Assembly: GCA_040390065.1 (NCBI GenBank)
Contig: JAZJZE010000006.1
Location: 12,551 to 76,550 of the forward strand
Length of the DNA stretch: 64,000 bases
DNA from: a bacterium
GTDB taxonomy: Archaea; Thermoplasmatota; E2; JACPAO01; JAHFTW01
Direction: 5' to 3'
Part shown: positions 1-8,242 of the stretch, piece by piece
How the letters are laid out: each line of letters opens with the position of its first letter
Position numbering within the stretch: position 1 is the first letter of the stretch
Made by a program: the position numbers and the translations under genes
Notes under the pieces: generated by a model
Database searches by the model: none
Told to the model about the DNA's origin: nothing
What the model saw: only the letters and a program-made list of their open reading frames with translations

Positions 1-1
1 C

Positions 2-1612
2 GTGGTGGACGCAGGACGCATCGGAGCCATCCTTGTCTTGGCTTGCACCGTCATCGCAGGATGCTCCGGGTCGCATGAGTCCCGGCCAAGGGCAACCTCC
101 GCCGTGCCTGCCGCATCCACCTTCCCCGTGCGCTGCGTCGTGGTGGATGCCCGCGACGCGGCCATCGGGCAAGCCCATTGCCAGTTCCGCCTTGGAACCC
201 TCGACGTCCGCGTCCCCGTCGCGGCGGACGGCGTCGCGACGCAGGATGTCGCCCTGGGAGCGTCAGGCTCCCTGCAAGCCGGCGCCGCCGGTTTCGTCGA
301 CAAGACGGTGACGCTGACGGTGGACGGCCCAAAGACCATCCGTTTCATCCTCGAACCCTCAACGCCGGTTGCGCCCCCGACGACCACGGACCCCAGTATC
401 ACACCGCCGGCAAATCATTCTCAGCCTGTCGGCCCGAGCCGGACGTGGGGCGCGCCCGTGACCGTCGTCGCGAACCCGGATGGCGGCTACGTGAGCGAGC
501 CGCAACTCGTGGTCGACGGCAAGGGCCGCGTCCTCTACTCGCCCAACTCGTACGGAACTGGCCCTTACCGCAGCACCGACGGCGGCCGGACCTTCCAGGA
601 CATTGGCGCCAACCTCAAGTCGCCGCTGCCGACGACGCGCACCGACTCGTCCGTCTCCTTGGCGCCCGACGGCTCGCTGTGGTACGCGCGATCGACGGTG
701 GACACGACAAACGTCCTCGGCTGCACCTCGACGGATTTTGGTGACTCCTGGACCTGCGACGCCGCGGCGATGCCAGGCGTGACGGACCGCATGTGGACCG
801 TCGGCGTCGACGCCAAGACCGGATACCTGGGCGGCTTGGAGCCAAACCTCTACTCCTACCTCGTGCCGCAGGTCTACTTCTACTACCAGGCATGGTTCGC
901 GACGACGGACGGCAGCACGGCGTATGCGCCATACGGCACGACGACCGACCGCGCCTGGCCACCCGGCAACATGGTCTACGACGCCGTGCACAAGCAGGTC
1001 TGGCAAGTCGAGACCTACGCGGGAAAACTCAGCGTCGCGCGCGTCGACGACGCAACGGGCCTTGTGACCTGGCAGGACACTGGCGTTCCGGATACGGCCG
1101 CCATCCCGTGGATCGCGGCGGCAGACGGCGTGCTTTGGACGACGGGGGAGCCAAAGAGGTCCGACGGCAGCCACGGTCTCGTCGTGGCGCGCAGCACGGA
1201 CCAGGCGGCGACATGGAAGCAACTTGCCATCCCCACGACGGCCAAGACCGTCGCGTTCAGCTACTCCGCGGCCGCGCCAGGTGGTCGCGTGGCCGTCGCC
1301 TTCTACGGCAGCGACGTTGCCCGCCCGCCTGGAGACAATGGTGGAAACTGGAGCCTGTACGTGGTGGAAACGCAAGACGCGCTGGCAGCCAATCCGACGT
1401 GGGTCGAGACGCGCGTCGTGCCACTCGTGCACGTCGGCAGCATCTGTACGGGTGCGAGTTGCGAATCCACGGGGACGGACCCCTACGCGCGCTACAGCCT
1501 TGACATGATCGGCATCGCCCTCGACGGCGACGGCAACGCCCACGTGGCGTACGTCGACGATTTGGACGGGCACCGCATCCACGACGACTACGTGCGCCAG
1601 ACCGTGCCGTAG
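2..1612 (+). CDS. Secreted BNR/Asp-box repeat protein (sialidase-like beta-propeller), probable lipoprotein
   Basis: ORF opens at the window edge (GTG at 2). N-terminal hydrophobic segment ends in lipobox-like IAGC. Asp-box motifs S-x-D-x-G-x-T-F/W are present (STDGGRTF, TSTDFGDSW, STDQAATW). Good G/C third-position bias. Confidence 0.6.
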   Translation: MVDAGRIGAILVLACTVIAGCSGSHESRPRATSAVPAASTFPVRCVVVDARDAAIGQAHCQFRLGTLDVRVPVAADGVATQDVALGASGSLQAGAAGFVDKTVTLTVDGPKTIRFILEPSTPVAPPTTTDPSITPPANHSQPVGPSRTWGAPVTVVANPDGGYVSEPQLVVDGKGRVLYSPNSYGTGPYRSTDGGRTFQDIGANLKSPLPTTRTDSSVSLAPDGSLWYARSTVDTTNVLGCTSTDFGDSWTCDAAAMPGVTDRMWTVGVDAKTGYLGGLEPNLYSYLVPQVYFYYQAWFATTDGSTAYAPYGTTTDRAWPPGNMVYDAVHKQVWQVETYAGKLSVARVDDATGLVTWQDTGVPDTAAIPWIAAADGVLWTTGEPKRSDGSHGLVVARSTDQAATWKQLAIPTTAKTVAFSYSAAAPGGRVAVAFYGSDVARPPGDNGGNWSLYVVETQDALAANPTWVETRVVPLVHVGSICTGASCESTGTDPYARYSLDMIGIALDGDGNAHVAYVDDLDGHRIHDDYVRQTVP

Positions 1613-1613
1613 C

Positions 1614-2891
1614 CTAGGCCTTTCGCGTCATGGCGACAGCCTTCTTGCCGCGCACGTCGACCTTGTGCACCGGCCGCCTTTCCAGGGCGCGCAGGATATC
1701 CGCCAGAAGCACGTCGGTGCCCTCGATGCCAACGCTCAGGCGGACCAAGCCGGGCGTGATGCCGGCTTTCTTGCGCGTCTCCTCCTTCATCGCGCTGTGC
1801 GTCGTGCTCGCGGGGTGGCAGGCGAGCGACTCGTAGCCGCCGAGGCTCACGGCGCGGGCGAACACCTGCAGCCGGTCGAGGAAGCGCATGGCCGCACTCT
1901 GCGAGTCGAGGTCGAGCGTGAAGACGGAGCAGCCCGCCGCCATCTGCTTCTGCGCCACCTTGTAGTCCGGGTGCCCGGTCAGGAGCGGGTGGCTGACCTT
2001 GAGGCCCTCGGCGGACAGCGTGCCGACGATCTCCATCGTCGACGCGACGGCGGCCTCGAAGCGCACTTTCAGAGTCTGGGCGCCGCGCAGGCAAAGCCAG
2101 GCCGTGTCCGCGTCGAGGATGGCGCCAGCATCCTTGCGCCAGTCCCACGCCTTGGCAACAAGGCTGGCCTTGCCCATGACGGCGCCGGCGAGCAGGTCGC
2201 TGTGGCCGTTCACGCCCTTCGTGAGGCTGTGGACGACGAGGTCGCATCCGAGGTCGAGGGGGCGCTGGCCAAGCGGCGTGCAGAACGTGTTGTCGACGAC
2301 GACGAGGCCGCCAGCCTTGTGGGCCAACTGCGCGGCGCGTTGCAGGTCGACGAGGCGCAGCGTCGGGTTCATGGGTGTCTCGATGAAGACGACGTCGACG
2401 TGCGAGCCGATGGCGCGTTCCAGGGATTTCGGGTCCGACGTGTCGGCCTCGATGACGTCGACGCCCCAGGCCTTGAGCTTCTTGATGAGGGTGTGCGTGC
2501 AGCCGTAGACGCACGGGTCGGCGACGAGTTTGGCCCCGGGCTTGAGGAGTCCCATGAGCGCGCAGTGGACAGCCCCCATGCCACTTGCAGTCGCGATGCA
2601 GGCTTCGGCGCCTTCCAGCTTGGCAAGGTGGTCTTCGAGCGCGCGCACCGTCGGATTCTCCATGCGGCTGTAGAACAGGCCCGGCTCCCCCTCGGCGCCG
2701 CCTGCGACGGCGAAACGGCGGGCTCCTTCCGCGGCCGTGGGATACGTGAAGGTGCTGGAGCGCACGATGGGCGGATTGACCGCTCCAAACGGATGGTCTT
2801 GCGCGCGCTCGTTGGTGTGTCCCCGCCCCGCCATGCCCGGGAAGCCCAGATGGCCCAGATGACCCTTTCGAGAGGGGCTGGACCGGCTCAT
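1614..2891 (-). CDS. Cys/Met-metabolism PLP-dependent enzyme (cystathionine gamma-synthase / methionine gamma-lyase / O-acetylhomoserine sulfhydrylase family)
   Basis: Family-typical blocks: HPFGAVNPPIVRSSTF, YSRMENPT, ASGMGA, ETPMNPTL, the PLP-lysine block HSLTKGVNGHSD, and LGGYESL. The ORF track extends to 3248, but that Arg/Pro-rich extension overlaps the upstream lipoprotein gene. ATG at 2891 lies 13 nt after that gene's stop. Confidence 0.85.
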   Translation of the reverse strand: MSRSSPSRKGHLGHLGFPGMAGRGHTNERAQDHPFGAVNPPIVRSSTFTYPTAAEGARRFAVAGGAEGEPGLFYSRMENPTVRALEDHLAKLEGAEACIATASGMGAVHCALMGLLKPGAKLVADPCVYGCTHTLIKKLKAWGVDVIEADTSDPKSLERAIGSHVDVVFIETPMNPTLRLVDLQRAAQLAHKAGGLVVVDNTFCTPLGQRPLDLGCDLVVHSLTKGVNGHSDLLAGAVMGKASLVAKAWDWRKDAGAILDADTAWLCLRGAQTLKVRFEAAVASTMEIVGTLSAEGLKVSHPLLTGHPDYKVAQKQMAAGCSVFTLDLDSQSAAMRFLDRLQVFARAVSLGGYESLACHPASTTHSAMKEETRKKAGITPGLVRLSVGIEGTDVLLADILRALERRPVHKVDVRGKKAVAMTRKA

Positions 2892-2904
2892 GTTGGGCAG
2901 CACG

Positions 2905-3414
2905 TCAGGCGCACGGGGATTGCGCCCCGGTTCGCTGCCCGATGGCGGCCACGATGGCCTGGAATTCATCGACCGCCGTCTGTTCCGCAACGTCACCGCG
3001 GTCCAGGCCGAAAAGAACGTACCACTTTCCCTTGCTGAGGGCATTATCGAATCGGCCGGTTCCGCCCAGGCACTCGAACTTGGCGGCCGAGCAGAATCCC
3101 GAGCCCGACACCGAGGAAAGGTCGGCCACGGTGGCCCACATCCGGGTTGCGTTGTGGCCTGCTTTGCCATAGAAGGCGCCGAATACCTGGTCTGGAGGGT
3201 CGGACCCCATGGCCGCGCAATGGCCAGTTCCTGGATTGGTGGTTGCATCTGGAAGGACAGCGCGAACGGACGGATCCGACGCCGCGACCAGGAGCCAGCC
3301 TGGGGCCTCGCCAGGCAGGGGAAGGAAATCGGTGGCGGATGCGTCTTGGCTGATTGGCGCCTTTGCCCCGCAACCGGAAAGAACCATCGCCAGGAGAAGG
3401 CCTGCCATCGACAT
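2905..3414 (-). CDS. Hypothetical lipoprotein
   Basis: Signal peptide with lipobox (MSMAGLLLAMVLSGCGA). No recognisable catalytic motif. Coding-like codon bias. Confidence 0.5.
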   Translation of the reverse strand: MSMAGLLLAMVLSGCGAKAPISQDASATDFLPLPGEAPGWLLVAASDPSVRAVLPDATTNPGTGHCAAMGSDPPDQVFGAFYGKAGHNATRMWATVADLSSVSGSGFCSAAKFECLGGTGRFDNALSKGKWYVLFGLDRGDVAEQTAVDEFQAIVAAIGQRTGAQSPCA

Positions 3415-3449
3415 CCGTTTCAGCACAAGATCTCGACCGCCGGGGCGCA

Positions 3450-4454
3450 TTAGAATGATTCCGTTTCCCACGCGACTTCGTCCTTCGTCATCTGCAGCGA
3501 TGTGGCCCCGCCGAGGTAGCGCGCCTCGACGTCCTTGAGCTGGTGGTAGATGTCCTCGGACGCAAAGGCCGGATGCCCAAGGCGTCGGGCGAGTCGCACG
3601 AGGCGGCCGCTGATCTGTTCGACCTCCGTAGGCTTCTGGGCCGCAAGGTCCTGCACCATGGAGTTGCGGTTGGCGCGCGTGCGCCCGAGGGTCTCGCGCA
3701 CGACCTCGACGAGGCCGGCGGGAGTTGATACGTCCGGAAGTGGAACGCCCGCTGCGCGCGCAACGGCGAAGCCTTCCTGCGCCAGGTCATGGCATGTGCG
3801 CCACCAAGATCCGTCCAAGACCTGGCCATTGCTCAGGCCGTGGATGGCGGCAAGTGGATTGACGGCGTGGTTGACGAGGGCCTTGCGCCACACGGCCGAG
3901 CGCATGTCGGCCTGCGAAACTGGCTCGAGTCCGGCATCGGCCAAGAGGGACGAGGCCCGTTCGGCCGCCGCCGTCGACGCGGCGTCCAGCGGTCCCACGA
4001 AGGTCCCGCCCACGCCGGCGTGCACAAGGACCCCCGGCCGCTCGACCATGACGCCGTGGCTGGTGATGGCGACGGCCACGCGGGAGGGCGGCACGAAGCG
4101 CGCGAGCTTGGCCCCGTTGCCGAAGCCGTTTTGCAGGCTGACGGCGACGCCGTCGTCCGCCAGAAGGGCGGCCACGTCTTTGGCGAGCGCGGCCGTGGCG
4201 TGGGCCTTGCACGTCAGCACGATTGCGTCGTACCGGCGCGTGGCCTGGCTCGGCGATGTGATGCATTCGACGTGTCCGTGCAGGCTGGTGGCGCCGTGGA
4301 TCTGCAGGCCGTCCTTCCGGATCGCGGCAGCGTGTGTTTCCCGGGTCAGCAGCGTGACAAGGTGGCCGCCCTGCTGCAGGCGGGCGCCGATGAATTGGCC
4401 GATGGCGCCGGCGCCGGCAACGAGGATGTCGCGCGGGTCGCGGCCGCCACTCAT
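3450..4454 (-). CDS. panE: 2-dehydropantoate 2-reductase (ketopantoate reductase, ApbA/PanE family)
   Basis: N-terminal Rossmann motif ILVAGAGAIGQFIGARL. Length and overall pattern typical of the ApbA/PanE family. Start overlaps the upstream gene's stop by 4 nt (4451-4454). Confidence 0.75.
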   Translation of the reverse strand: MSGGRDPRDILVAGAGAIGQFIGARLQQGGHLVTLLTRETHAAAIRKDGLQIHGATSLHGHVECITSPSQATRRYDAIVLTCKAHATAALAKDVAALLADDGVAVSLQNGFGNGAKLARFVPPSRVAVAITSHGVMVERPGVLVHAGVGGTFVGPLDAASTAAAERASSLLADAGLEPVSQADMRSAVWRKALVNHAVNPLAAIHGLSNGQVLDGSWWRTCHDLAQEGFAVARAAGVPLPDVSTPAGLVEVVRETLGRTRANRNSMVQDLAAQKPTEVEQISGRLVRLARRLGHPAFASEDIYHQLKDVEARYLGGATSLQMTKDEVAWETESF

Positions 4455-5476
4455 GGCGACACCGTGCGGTGCATGGACGTGATGGAGTCCACCGTCTCAC
4501 GCGATGCGTCGTCGAGGATGGACGCCGGCCAATCCATGCCTTCGAGGCCGAGGCGCGCGCCCACCATTGCGACCTCCCGCGCGTCGAGGCCGCAGACGGG
4601 CCGCAGGATTGGCAAGGGCAGGCCCATGAGGAGTTCGGAGGCAATCGTCTCGCCTGTTGCGACGGCGTCACAACGCGTCCGTTGCGCGACGCGGCAGGCC
4701 GCCTCGAGAAGCACACGTTTGGAGACGGAGCCCGTGCATACGGGAAGCAAGTCGATGTCCTTCGGCATGCCCCAGCGCGCCAGCGACGCCACGGCGTCGA
4801 CAGGGACGGATCCGGTGTCGCCGGCGTGAACGGGGATGATGCGGCACCCGCGCCGCATGAGGAGCCACGCAGACACGCAGGATGCCGCATCGGAGAGCAG
4901 GAGGACGACCTTGCCCTGCGTGCCAAGCGGGATGCCCCCGGGTCCGTCAAGCTCGTGCGTGAAGAGGTACGCCTTGTCCTGCCGCACGTCGATGTGAAGC
5001 TCAAAGTCCGGCTTGGTCAACTGCACCTTTGGTTTGCGCCCGGCGGCCTCCGCTGCGACGAACACGGCGCTGCCGGCCTTGACTTGCACATCTTGGCTGG
5101 AGAAGGTGTGCTGCCCCTCACGGCGGGCCCGGATGGCAAACGTCGTCCAAGGCGACAGCAGGGCGAGGTTCGCAGCGGCCTCGCAGATGCCCTCCATCTT
5201 CGCCGGCACCAGAAGGCACGGACTCGCGGAGACCACGCCAAACGTCATCGTCGCCACGCGGCACAACGCGTCGGCGTCCGGTCCCTGCATCCACAACCGC
5301 GCCCCGCGCCGCTGCACGTCGCCCTCGACGCCATGGCGCAGAAGTCCGTCAACGAGGTTGGCCCGCAGGCGTTCCAGCATGGCGCCCCGCACCGGGGCCG
5401 ACTTGATGCCGATCTCGCCGAAACGGACGAGGACGCCATCCCAGGCCATTGCCACGCCGACCTCCGACGCGTTCAT
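4451..5476 (-). CDS. ThiI-like THUMP-domain protein with degenerate PP-loop
   Basis: N-terminal block VLVRFGEIGIKS and a THUMP-like middle region. C-terminal ThiI-like block ILRPVCGLDAREV. Where ThiI carries SGGIDS, this protein has LLLSDAASCVSAW. Confidence 0.65.
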   Translation of the reverse strand: MNASEVGVAMAWDGVLVRFGEIGIKSAPVRGAMLERLRANLVDGLLRHGVEGDVQRRGARLWMQGPDADALCRVATMTFGVVSASPCLLVPAKMEGICEAAANLALLSPWTTFAIRARREGQHTFSSQDVQVKAGSAVFVAAEAAGRKPKVQLTKPDFELHIDVRQDKAYLFTHELDGPGGIPLGTQGKVVLLLSDAASCVSAWLLMRRGCRIIPVHAGDTGSVPVDAVASLARWGMPKDIDLLPVCTGSVSKRVLLEAACRVAQRTRCDAVATGETIASELLMGLPLPILRPVCGLDAREVAMVGARLGLEGMDWPASILDDASRETVDSITSMHRTVSP

Positions 5477-5502
5477 AACAAGAACCCTTGTCGAGACATC
5501 TG

Positions 5503-5538
5503 CGCACGCGTACCCAAGCGGTCAACGGGAACCGGCTC
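5503..5538 (+). repeat. Direct repeat copying the 5' half of the downstream tRNA-Leu (acceptor 5' strand, D arm, 5' anticodon stem)
   Basis: cgcacgcgtacccaagcggTcaacgggaaccggctc at 5503-5538 versus cgcacgcgtacccaagcggCcaacgggaaccggctc at 5641-5676 (35/36 identical). No matching T arm or 3' acceptor strand follows the first copy. Confidence 0.8.
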
Positions 5539-5641
5539 CCCCTACGGCTCCGCAAGCGGGGCCGCACGGTCCGCCCGCTTCGCGGCTGACCCGTTTCCCG
5601 TGGCCGGCTTTTTGTACGACGTGGGCGTCGCAAGCTCCGCC

Positions 5642-5723
5642 GCACGCGTACCCAAGCGGCCAACGGGAACCGGCTCAAGATCGGTTGCTTCGTGCTTCAC
5701 AGGTTCGAATCCTGTCGCGTGCA
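5642..5723 (+). tRNA. tRNA-Leu (anticodon CAA), class II with long variable arm, no encoded CCA
   Basis: Manual cloverleaf. Acceptor GCACGCG/CGCGTGC; D stem CCC/GGG; anticodon stem ACCGG/TCGGT with loop CTCAAGA; 13-nt variable region; T arm ACAGG-TTCGAAT-CCTGT; discriminator A. Confidence 0.85.
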
Positions 5724-5743
5724 TTCTCCGGCGGCTGGGGCCG

Positions 5744-7570
5744 TCACGCCGCGACGGCGTGCACGGGCTTCCCCTTCTCGCCGCTCTGGACGTTCCACAA
5801 GTCGGCGTAGACGCCGCCTTTCTTGACGAGTGCGTCGTGCGGCCCGCGTTCGACGATGACGCCGTCGACGATGACGAGGATCTCGTCGCTCTGGCGAACC
5901 GTGCTCAGCCGATGGGCCACTGCAAGTGTGATGCGGCCCTGGCGGAACTCGTGCAGGTTGCGCTGGATGAGCTCCTCCGTGCGTGTGTCGACGGCGGACG
6001 TCGCCTCGTCCAGGACCAGGATGGCCGGGTCGCGCAATATGGCGCGTGCCAGGCTGATGCGCTGGCGCTGTCCGCCCGAGAGTTTGAGGCCGCGCTCTCC
6101 GATGAGCGTCGCATAACCCTGTGGAAGTTCCTTGATGAATTCGGCGGCGCCGGCGATGCGGGCCGCCTCCTCCACCTTGGCGTCAGGAGCATCCGGGCTG
6201 CCTAGGCGGATGTTCTCGGCCACGGTGCCAGAAAACAGGAAGGCGTCCTGGCTGACGTAGCCGATGTGCCGGCGCAGGCTGGCGAGGGTGTACGCCGGAA
6301 GCTGCTTGCCATCGACGAGGACCTGGCCGCGCGTCGGCTCGTAGTAGCGCAGCAGCAGTTTGATGAGCGTGGACTTTCCGGCCCCGGTCGGGCCGACGAC
6401 GCCGAGGACCTGGCCGCGCTGGATCGAGAAGGCAACCCCATGCAGGACGGCCTCGCGCTTGGCATAGCCGAAGTGGACGTCGCGGAACTCGATGGTCGAC
6501 GGCGGGCCGGCAATTGGCTGCGCTTCTGCCGTGTCCTTGATGCTGGGTGCCGTGTCGAGGAGGTCCATGATGCGCTTGGCCGAGGCCTCGCTGCGCTGGA
6601 TCTGGTTGAGGAGCATGCCGAGGATGAAGAGCGGCATGATGAGTCGCATGGCGTACAGGATGAAGGTCACGTAGTCACCAAGGCTTGGCCCGGCGCCCGA
6701 GAAGGTGAGCCAGCCACCGATGGCGATGATGAGCGCGAAACTGAGGCCGGCGACGACGTAGACCCACGGGATGAACTTCGTGCGCGTGACCGCCGTGGCG
6801 ATGCCGGCGTCGCGGTACTCGGCGCTGCGAGCCGTCATGCGTTCCTGCTGCTGGGCTTCGGCCGTGTACGCTTGGATGACGGCGATGCCCTGCAGGTTGT
6901 TCTCGAGGATGGCGTTCATGGTGCCGACCGCTTCGCGCGTGCGGCGATACTGAGGTTGCACGCGTTTGGCGAAGAAGCGCACGATGAACACGGCGATTGG
7001 CAGCGGGGCGAGCAGCACGAGGGCGAGGTGCCAATCCAGCCAGACCAGGAATCCGTAGATGCCGACGAACGTCACGACGAGGCGCACGATGGAGGTCGTC
7101 GCGTCGCTCAGGAAGTTCTCCAGGTTGTCGACATCGCTGGACAGCACGGACATGATGTCGCCGGCCTGGCGGTCCTCGAAGTAGCTCACGTCCAGCCGCT
7201 GCAGATGGGCGTACAGCTTGGTGCGGATGTCATGGCGCACTTTCTGGGCGAGGGTGTCCCAGGCGTAGTCGCTTGCGGACTGGAAGACGGCCAGGCCCAC
7301 GAAGGTGCCGAAGATGGCGGCCCCGAACCAGGCAAAATCCCGCACGGGGACGTTGGAGATGCCGCCGGGCTGCGAGATGCGGTCGATGATGAAGCCGACG
7401 ATGAGCATCGGCAGAAGGTCGAAGACGCGGGCCATCGCGTTGGTTGCAAGCCCCACGGCGACGCGGCCCCGATACGGCCGGACGAAGGGGACGATGCGCC
7501 AGAGCTGGCGGCCAAGGGTGCGGTGTGGTAGCTCCGTCGGGGCCGCGGACGGGTTCGGGGAGGATGCCAA
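5744..7570 (-). CDS. ABC exporter, fused permease and ATPase (MsbA/MdlB-like)
   Basis: Six-helix N-terminal transmembrane domain. Walker A GPTGAGKST, signature LSGGQRQR, Walker B ILVLDEATSAVD. Confidence 0.9.
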   Translation of the reverse strand: MASSPNPSAAPTELPHRTLGRQLWRIVPFVRPYRGRVAVGLATNAMARVFDLLPMLIVGFIIDRISQPGGISNVPVRDFAWFGAAIFGTFVGLAVFQSASDYAWDTLAQKVRHDIRTKLYAHLQRLDVSYFEDRQAGDIMSVLSSDVDNLENFLSDATTSIVRLVVTFVGIYGFLVWLDWHLALVLLAPLPIAVFIVRFFAKRVQPQYRRTREAVGTMNAILENNLQGIAVIQAYTAEAQQQERMTARSAEYRDAGIATAVTRTKFIPWVYVVAGLSFALIIAIGGWLTFSGAGPSLGDYVTFILYAMRLIMPLFILGMLLNQIQRSEASAKRIMDLLDTAPSIKDTAEAQPIAGPPSTIEFRDVHFGYAKREAVLHGVAFSIQRGQVLGVVGPTGAGKSTLIKLLLRYYEPTRGQVLVDGKQLPAYTLASLRRHIGYVSQDAFLFSGTVAENIRLGSPDAPDAKVEEAARIAGAAEFIKELPQGYATLIGERGLKLSGGQRQRISLARAILRDPAILVLDEATSAVDTRTEELIQRNLHEFRQGRITLAVAHRLSTVRQSDEILVIVDGVIVERGPHDALVKKGGVYADLWNVQSGEKGKPVHAVAA

Positions 7571-7618
7571 CGGCGCTGGGACGCAACTCCAAGGGAAAAA
7601 CGGTCGTCTGCGGGCACC

Positions 7619-8242
7619 CTATGGCAACGGGACGCGCTTGGCGAGCACGCGCAGCGTCGCCGGGGTCCGCCAGACGACGAGGAAGCCGATGACGACGGAT
7701 GGAACGGCCAGGCCGCCAACGAGGAGTTCGGGGATGGCGACCCCCATCACGACCGGCCCTCGCAGGTACCCGATGACCTTCTCCTCCAGCAGGGCGTTCT
7801 GCAGGAACAGCACGATGTTGGCGAAGAACAAGAACATCAGCCACTGCGTGTACAGGCGCGCAAGTTCCGGGTGGTCGGCCGTCGCGAACTGGCTGGCGCC
7901 CCACAGGATGATGGCGATTCCCAGCGTGTCGAACATTGCGTCGAGCACCGCGCCGCTTTTCGACTCCAGCTTGCCGACGCGGGCCAGGATCCCGTCGCCG
8001 CCGTCGAGGACGATGACGAGGATGGTCGAGAGCGCGAAGATCCAGCGCCAGACTGGTTCGTTGGCCGAACTCGCGTGCAGGGCGGCTTCGATTTCGACGA
8101 GGAAGACGGGCAGCTGCAGGAAGGTGAAGTGGTTCGGATGCACGCCGCGCTCCAACAGCCAGCGCGCGCCGCGCTCGAAGCTGCGGTCATAGGTCCCCTC
8201 CTTCGATTCGCGCACACGGCGACGCAGAAGCGGCGGGCTCAT
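7619..8242 (-). CDS. CDP-alcohol phosphatidyltransferase family protein
   Basis: Motif D-G-x2-A-R-x8-G-x3-D-x3-D, seen as DGGDGILARVGKLESKSGAVLDAMFD. Multi-pass membrane protein. ATG at 8242 overlaps the cysS stop as ATGA; the ORF also has an upstream GTG at 8254. Confidence 0.7.
   Translation of the reverse strand: MSPPLLRRRVRESKEGTYDRSFERGARWLLERGVHPNHFTFLQLPVFLVEIEAALHASSANEPVWRWIFALSTILVIVLDGGDGILARVGKLESKSGAVLDAMFDTLGIAIILWGASQFATADHPELARLYTQWLMFLFFANIVLFLQNALLEEKVIGYLRGPVVMGVAIPELLVGGLAVPSVVIGFLVVWRTPATLRVLAKRVPLP

Noticed and set aside
1614-3248. Long N-terminal extensions offered by the ORF track for several real genes (1614..3248, 19404..20627, 21869..23662, 51826..53784, 53342..55033, 55383..56651, 55036..55938)
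   Set aside because: The extra residues are Arg/Pro/Gly/Ala-rich, lack homology to the family core, and overlap neighbouring genes or promoters. Internal starts restore canonical N-termini and often give ATGA/TGATG stop-start overlaps or correct TATA spacing.
5503-5538. First copy of the tRNA-Leu 5' half as an independent tRNA gene, or as exon 1 of an intron-containing tRNA
   Set aside because: I could find no T arm (GTTCGAATC-like) or complementary 3' acceptor strand (CGCGTGC) between it and the intact gene. I tried several anticodon-stem pairings in the spacer and none closed.
5476-5744. Integrated mobile element or provirus at the tRNA-Leu locus (and at tRNA-Gly at the window end)
   Set aside because: No integrase, transposase or other element genes lie next to either tRNA within the window. 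The duplicated segment encloses only about 100 nt. At most it is a scar, and it is reported as a finding rather than as a mobile element.
3787-6205. ORFs 3787..5004 (minus) and 4469..6205 (plus), the latter crossing the tRNA-Leu locus
   Set aside because: They overlap well-supported genes (panE, the ThiI-like gene, tRNA-Leu, the ABC exporter) in other frames. Their composition is the Arg/Pro-rich pattern typical of off-frame GC-rich sequence.
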